A DNA stretch of 63,479 nt, filler included, from Saprolegnia diclina VS20 (taxonomy: Eukaryota): the NCBI RefSeq assembly GCF_000281045.1. It is 4 parts of 2 records of this genome, joined end to end, with 100 filler letters (N's around TTAATTAATTAA, not from the genome) between each part and the next. Parts side by side here need not be neighbours in the genome. Positions count along the whole stretch, not along the records: positions 55,061 to 63,479 come from NW_008246131.1; 3 more parts are not named here. One strand, given 5' to 3'. Made by a program: the position numbers and the translations under genes. Positions within the stretch are counted from its first letter, which is position 1. Every line of letters begins with the position of its first letter. This document shows positions 60,901 to 63,479 of the stretch, one piece after another. The notes under the pieces were generated by a model, which was not told the DNA's origin, made no database searches, and saw only the letters and a list, made by a program, of their open reading frames with translations.

Positions 60901-62161
60901 GACCACAGAAGAAAAGACACAGCCCGAGGCCGAGCACAGCAGCGACGACGACGAAGATGTCCACGCCGTCGTTCGCCTCTCATCGCCTTCGATCGGGCGG
61001 CGGCGGTCGTCGTCGGCAAGCCGGCTCTCGTCGCAGTACACGCTTCGCTGGGAGCGTGGCGTGCTCGGGCTTTCGTTTGACATTGCATCGGGCGTGCCGG
61101 TGGTGTGCCGCAAGCACGATGCGCTCTCCGACTGCTCGGGCATCGCCGACGTGGCCAAAGGCGACCAGCTCCTCGCGATCGGAGAGCACGTGCTGTGCGC
61201 CGACGCCGACGACATGGCAACGGTGCTCTCGGAGATGGCGCCGCCGGTCTCGCTCCGCTTTTGGCGCAGCCCGGTGCGCGCGCGGACATCGTCGGCCTGC
61301 TCGTGCTCGTGCTCGTCCGATACGATCACGATCGGTGCGACGCCGATCCTCGAAGGCGACGCCGACCTCGACGACGAGGCGGTGCACGAGGCCGACGCGT
61401 TTGACGTGCTCTTGACGACCGAGGACGTGTCTGTTGCGTTTGCCTGGAAGGCTCACACGTGCAGCCATGACGGCTTTGTGCGCCCTGCCGTCGACGGCTT
61501 CCGCGGCCATCTCGAGAGCGTCAAGGGCTTGCCCAAGCTGCGGCCGTCCGACATTCTCTTGTCGATTGCTGGGACGCCCACCGCGCACATGACGTTTGAA
61601 GCGGCGATCGACCACGTGGCGTCGGCGCCCCGCCCCGTCGTCTTGCGCTTCATCGCCGGGCCGCGGCCGTCGCAGGCGCCGCGCTCGACACCGCGCGACT
61701 ACATCAAGTGGTTCTTTCATACGAACGTGGTCTCTCTCGAGTGGGACGACGACGTCCTCGGCGCCGAGCTCAAGCGCGTGCGCTACTCCGAGTGCCTCCG
61801 CGTGGCCAAGCTGCACGGCGGCGGCTGCCTCGCCGCACACAACATGCACGTGGCGTCGCCCGAAATGCGCGTCGACGTCGGCGACATCCTTGTCCGCATC
61901 GATGACGCGCCGCAGTCGTTTGCCGCTGCGTTGCGTCTGCTCCAGGAGCAGCAGTCGCGCATGATCAAGGCACCGCTGCGCCTGACGTTCGAGCGGCCGT
62001 CGCCGTACACCCAAGGTGTCAACGCGCTCTCGCGGACGATGGACCGAGTGCTCGAGTGGGCCGAGGCCGACGACCTTGTGTGGCGCCTCATCGCCGGCGT
62101 CGTGCTCTTCTACTGCATCTACTACCTCGACGAGTTTCTCTTTGCGCCCTTTGCTTCGTAG
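57905..62161 (+). CDS. Unconventional myosin (motor, IQ motifs, three PDZ-like domains, C-terminal hydrophobic helix)
   Basis: GESGAGKT, LEAFGNART..NNNSSRFGK, DIFGFE and FIRCIKPN motifs, at least 3 IQ motifs, and GDQLLAIG/SDILLSIAG/GDILVRID PDZ-like motifs. Intronless 1418 aa. Confidence 0.95.
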   Translation: MECVGRRVWAFHGDGWQLASVLAPEADNVLVQLPSGAAKVPAAAIHPCNPDDQRLDGVDDLTALVHLHEPAILNTLQVRFQKKLIYTSTGAILVAINPFAALPALYADEAKKCYMEHASTDEALPPHVYTIADKTFRAITSASCSNQSILVSGESGAGKTETTKIIMNYLASVSSVNPQDAANEKDNVRDRILESNPILEAFGNARTNRNNNSSRFGKFIRLGFDRSGSLLGASISTYLLERVRLVSQAKGERNYHIFYELLRGASSDELHALGLTPSIEHYGYLNSSQCVDRKDGVDDKVQFALTRTAMTTVGLSPVEQSSVFQLLAAVLHLGNLKFVKKGVDGATFAESSHSLVRTVCTLLGLVSTDLESALCTREIIAGFEPVRMNLSVETAGMMRDVLAKTIYARVFDWLVDRINVSIAYSSSGSEGSNHSGGAYPTIGIVDIFGFEIFATNSLEQLCINFANEKLQQLFARFVFEMEQKEYAKEAIPWTFVAYPNNDAVVALFEGRPNGIFCLLDEQSRLSKGNDRTLAAKYYASFAKHAPFSASKLEQGLNCFSIQHYAGKVQYATKGFCEKNKDHVPDEALIALTTSSNIFVADLFEDWEYASNRGDHDDVQRHSTPDLHPVSATAKLPARSSFSSQPSLSPSRKLSHRSSSVLASTVSLKFKVQLSSLLATLSASVPHFIRCIKPNDAMQGHLFDKHRVLEQLRCSGLVETTKISRMGLPIRMALSAFLEHYQCLHPTLRSVGRLVPALQTRIAAPFYIGKTKMFLSHDAFEQLQAAVVTTRASAATTLQAHARQHLATHKYQRLRAKTILVQATVRGFLGARRFRTQRGAAMCLQRHWRQLVHYRAFLHNATCMQRAWNILLRWKAVVAYKHRCVAARNELLCRYIGAWRAAKAAALARALGAVRHWQRYLEQQKHYRGVRVDVIRQFVRCCRARRALRASVVSHWQSIVAANARRRTHLVLRFVQQHRDAKEAIEAQARKWSLDLLEAATTEEKTQPEAEHSSDDDEDVHAVVRLSSPSIGRRRSSSASRLSSQYTLRWERGVLGLSFDIASGVPVVCRKHDALSDCSGIADVAKGDQLLAIGEHVLCADADDMATVLSEMAPPVSLRFWRSPVRARTSSACSCSCSSDTITIGATPILEGDADLDDEAVHEADAFDVLLTTEDVSVAFAWKAHTCSHDGFVRPAVDGFRGHLESVKGLPKLRPSDILLSIAGTPTAHMTFEAAIDHVASAPRPVVLRFIAGPRPSQAPRSTPRDYIKWFFHTNVVSLEWDDDVLGAELKRVRYSECLRVAKLHGGGCLAAHNMHVASPEMRVDVGDILVRIDDAPQSFAAALRLLQEQQSRMIKAPLRLTFERPSPYTQGVNALSRTMDRVLEWAEADDLVWRLIAGVVLFYCIYYLDEFLFAPFAS

Positions 62162-62826
62162 TTTAGAGACTCTGTCATCGTCAATGAGGAGGCTTATTTA
62201 CATCTGCGCATGTACTGTACTGAGAGTGGCAATGAGAGGTGGACAGCACGTCGCATGCACATTGCATACAGTACACGCAGGCCGGCGAAGGGACCATGCA
62301 CTCATGCAGTGGCAAGCCGTCGAGACGCACGTGCAACCATCATGTCGTCGCATCGGCATTACGGCGCGACCTTGCCATGTCCATGGATCCGCCGCCATAG
62401 CTACTAGACATGTCGATGGCATCTCTGTGCGACGGTGCGACGTACGCGAGGTATCCACGCTCCGCACCTATGCAGCCGCAAGCCCTCGGCGTGGCCGTCG
62501 CCGCCATCGCGCTCGTCACCGCGGCCCATAGCCATGGCCCGTGACGCCGCCCAGAAAGATTCACTGGCGGCCATCCAGCGCGGCCACGACCTTGGTCCGC
62601 CTTCGCCGCCGCCACCTGCTTGTCCTTCGGCCGCAGTAATGCGAAGTTCGCAGCTGCGAGCAGCGCAGACCTCTATTTCGAAGTTCGAAGCAAGGGCCGA
62701 GATATATTTTTAAAATACCATACGTTTGCTCATATCCCGGCTGGTGTTTTTATTGTGATAATAAATATAATATAATATAATAAAATCGCCTGATGCGACC
62801 TCAGTTAAAAAAAGCCACTTGGCCGC

Positions 62827-63479
62827 ATGGAGATCGGAACCCCGGTGTGGGTCCTGGCCGAGGACCGCGTCTGGCGCCGGGCCGTGGTCCATGCGACGAC
62901 GCCGACGAGCCTCGGCTGCCGGCTCACGGACGCCATCGACGAGGCCTCGCGCGTCCTCGCCTTCCCGGCGACAGCCGTCGGCAGCAAGGTCTTTGTCTGC
63001 AACCCGATCGAGCAGCGCGAGGTGGGCGTCGAGGATCTCACGGCGCTCGTGCATTTGCACGAACCTGCGATCCTGCACACGCTCAAGGTGCGCTTCATGA
63101 AGCGAGAGATCTACACGAGCACGGGCTCGATCCTTGTCGCGGTCAACCCGTTCCAGGCGCTCGCGCTCTACGACGAACGCATCAAGACGCGCTACATTGC
63201 GCATGGCAGCCGTGCTGCTAATGGCGAAAAGCTGGCGCCGCTGCCGCCGCACGTGTACGCGGTCTCGGACAAGGCCTTTCGCGACATGAACATGCCCACC
63301 GACGCGACTTGCAACCAGAGCATCCTCGTGAGCGGCGAGTCGGGCGCGGGCAAGACCGAGACCACCAAGATCATCATGAACTACCTCGCGTCGGTCTCGT
63401 CGGCCATGACCAACGATACGCACATTCCTGAGCGCGAGAACGTGCGCAACCGCGTGCTCGAGTCCAACCCGATCCTCGA
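62827..63479 (+). CDS. Second myosin, 5' part (tandem paralog; runs off the window)
   Basis: MEIGTPVWV...VEDLTALVHLHEPAILHTL...LPPHVYAV...SGESGAGKTETTKIIMNYLASVS...VLESNPIL. Confidence 0.93.
   Translation, partial: MEIGTPVWVLAEDRVWRRAVVHATTPTSLGCRLTDAIDEASRVLAFPATAVGSKVFVCNPIEQREVGVEDLTALVHLHEPAILHTLKVRFMKREIYTSTGSILVAVNPFQALALYDERIKTRYIAHGSRAANGEKLAPLPPHVYAVSDKAFRDMNMPTDATCNQSILVSGESGAGKTETTKIIMNYLASVSSAMTNDTHIPERENVRNRVLESNPIL

Overview
This is a gene-dense eukaryotic genomic window, most consistent with a saprolegnialean oomycete (Saprolegnia/Achlya-like). The inference rests on GC-rich exons, many ~40-60 nt GT-AG introns, flagellar and HA-repeat genes, and PDZ-tailed myosins. It holds about 28 protein-coding genes. 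Many are recognisable housekeeping genes: cullin-3, EHD, PHF5A, HMGB, EMC10, COX17, Efg1, a SUMO protease, sulfite oxidase, UPF2, an ODA docking-complex subunit and two myosins. There are five N-gaps, three carrying the artificial spacer TTAATTAATTAA, so order across those joins is unproven. The best candidate for an undescribed system is a tandem pair of 4TM-ankyrin genes. One copy continues across a gap into apparently tandem TIR domains, giving a receptor-like architecture, and the pair brackets a membrane-anchored clan GH-A glycoside hydrolase. Other unusual items: a stand-alone P-type ATPase actuator-domain gene, a TTLL12-like SET + methyltransferase fusion, a PH + Arb2/FAM172 fusion, a structured intronic RNA candidate in EHD, a Mutator-like MITE with a 10-bp TSD, and a 667-bp dispersed repeat with a head-to-tail junction. 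All calls come from manual reading and motif recall, with no database searches. Start codons and exon boundaries are approximate.
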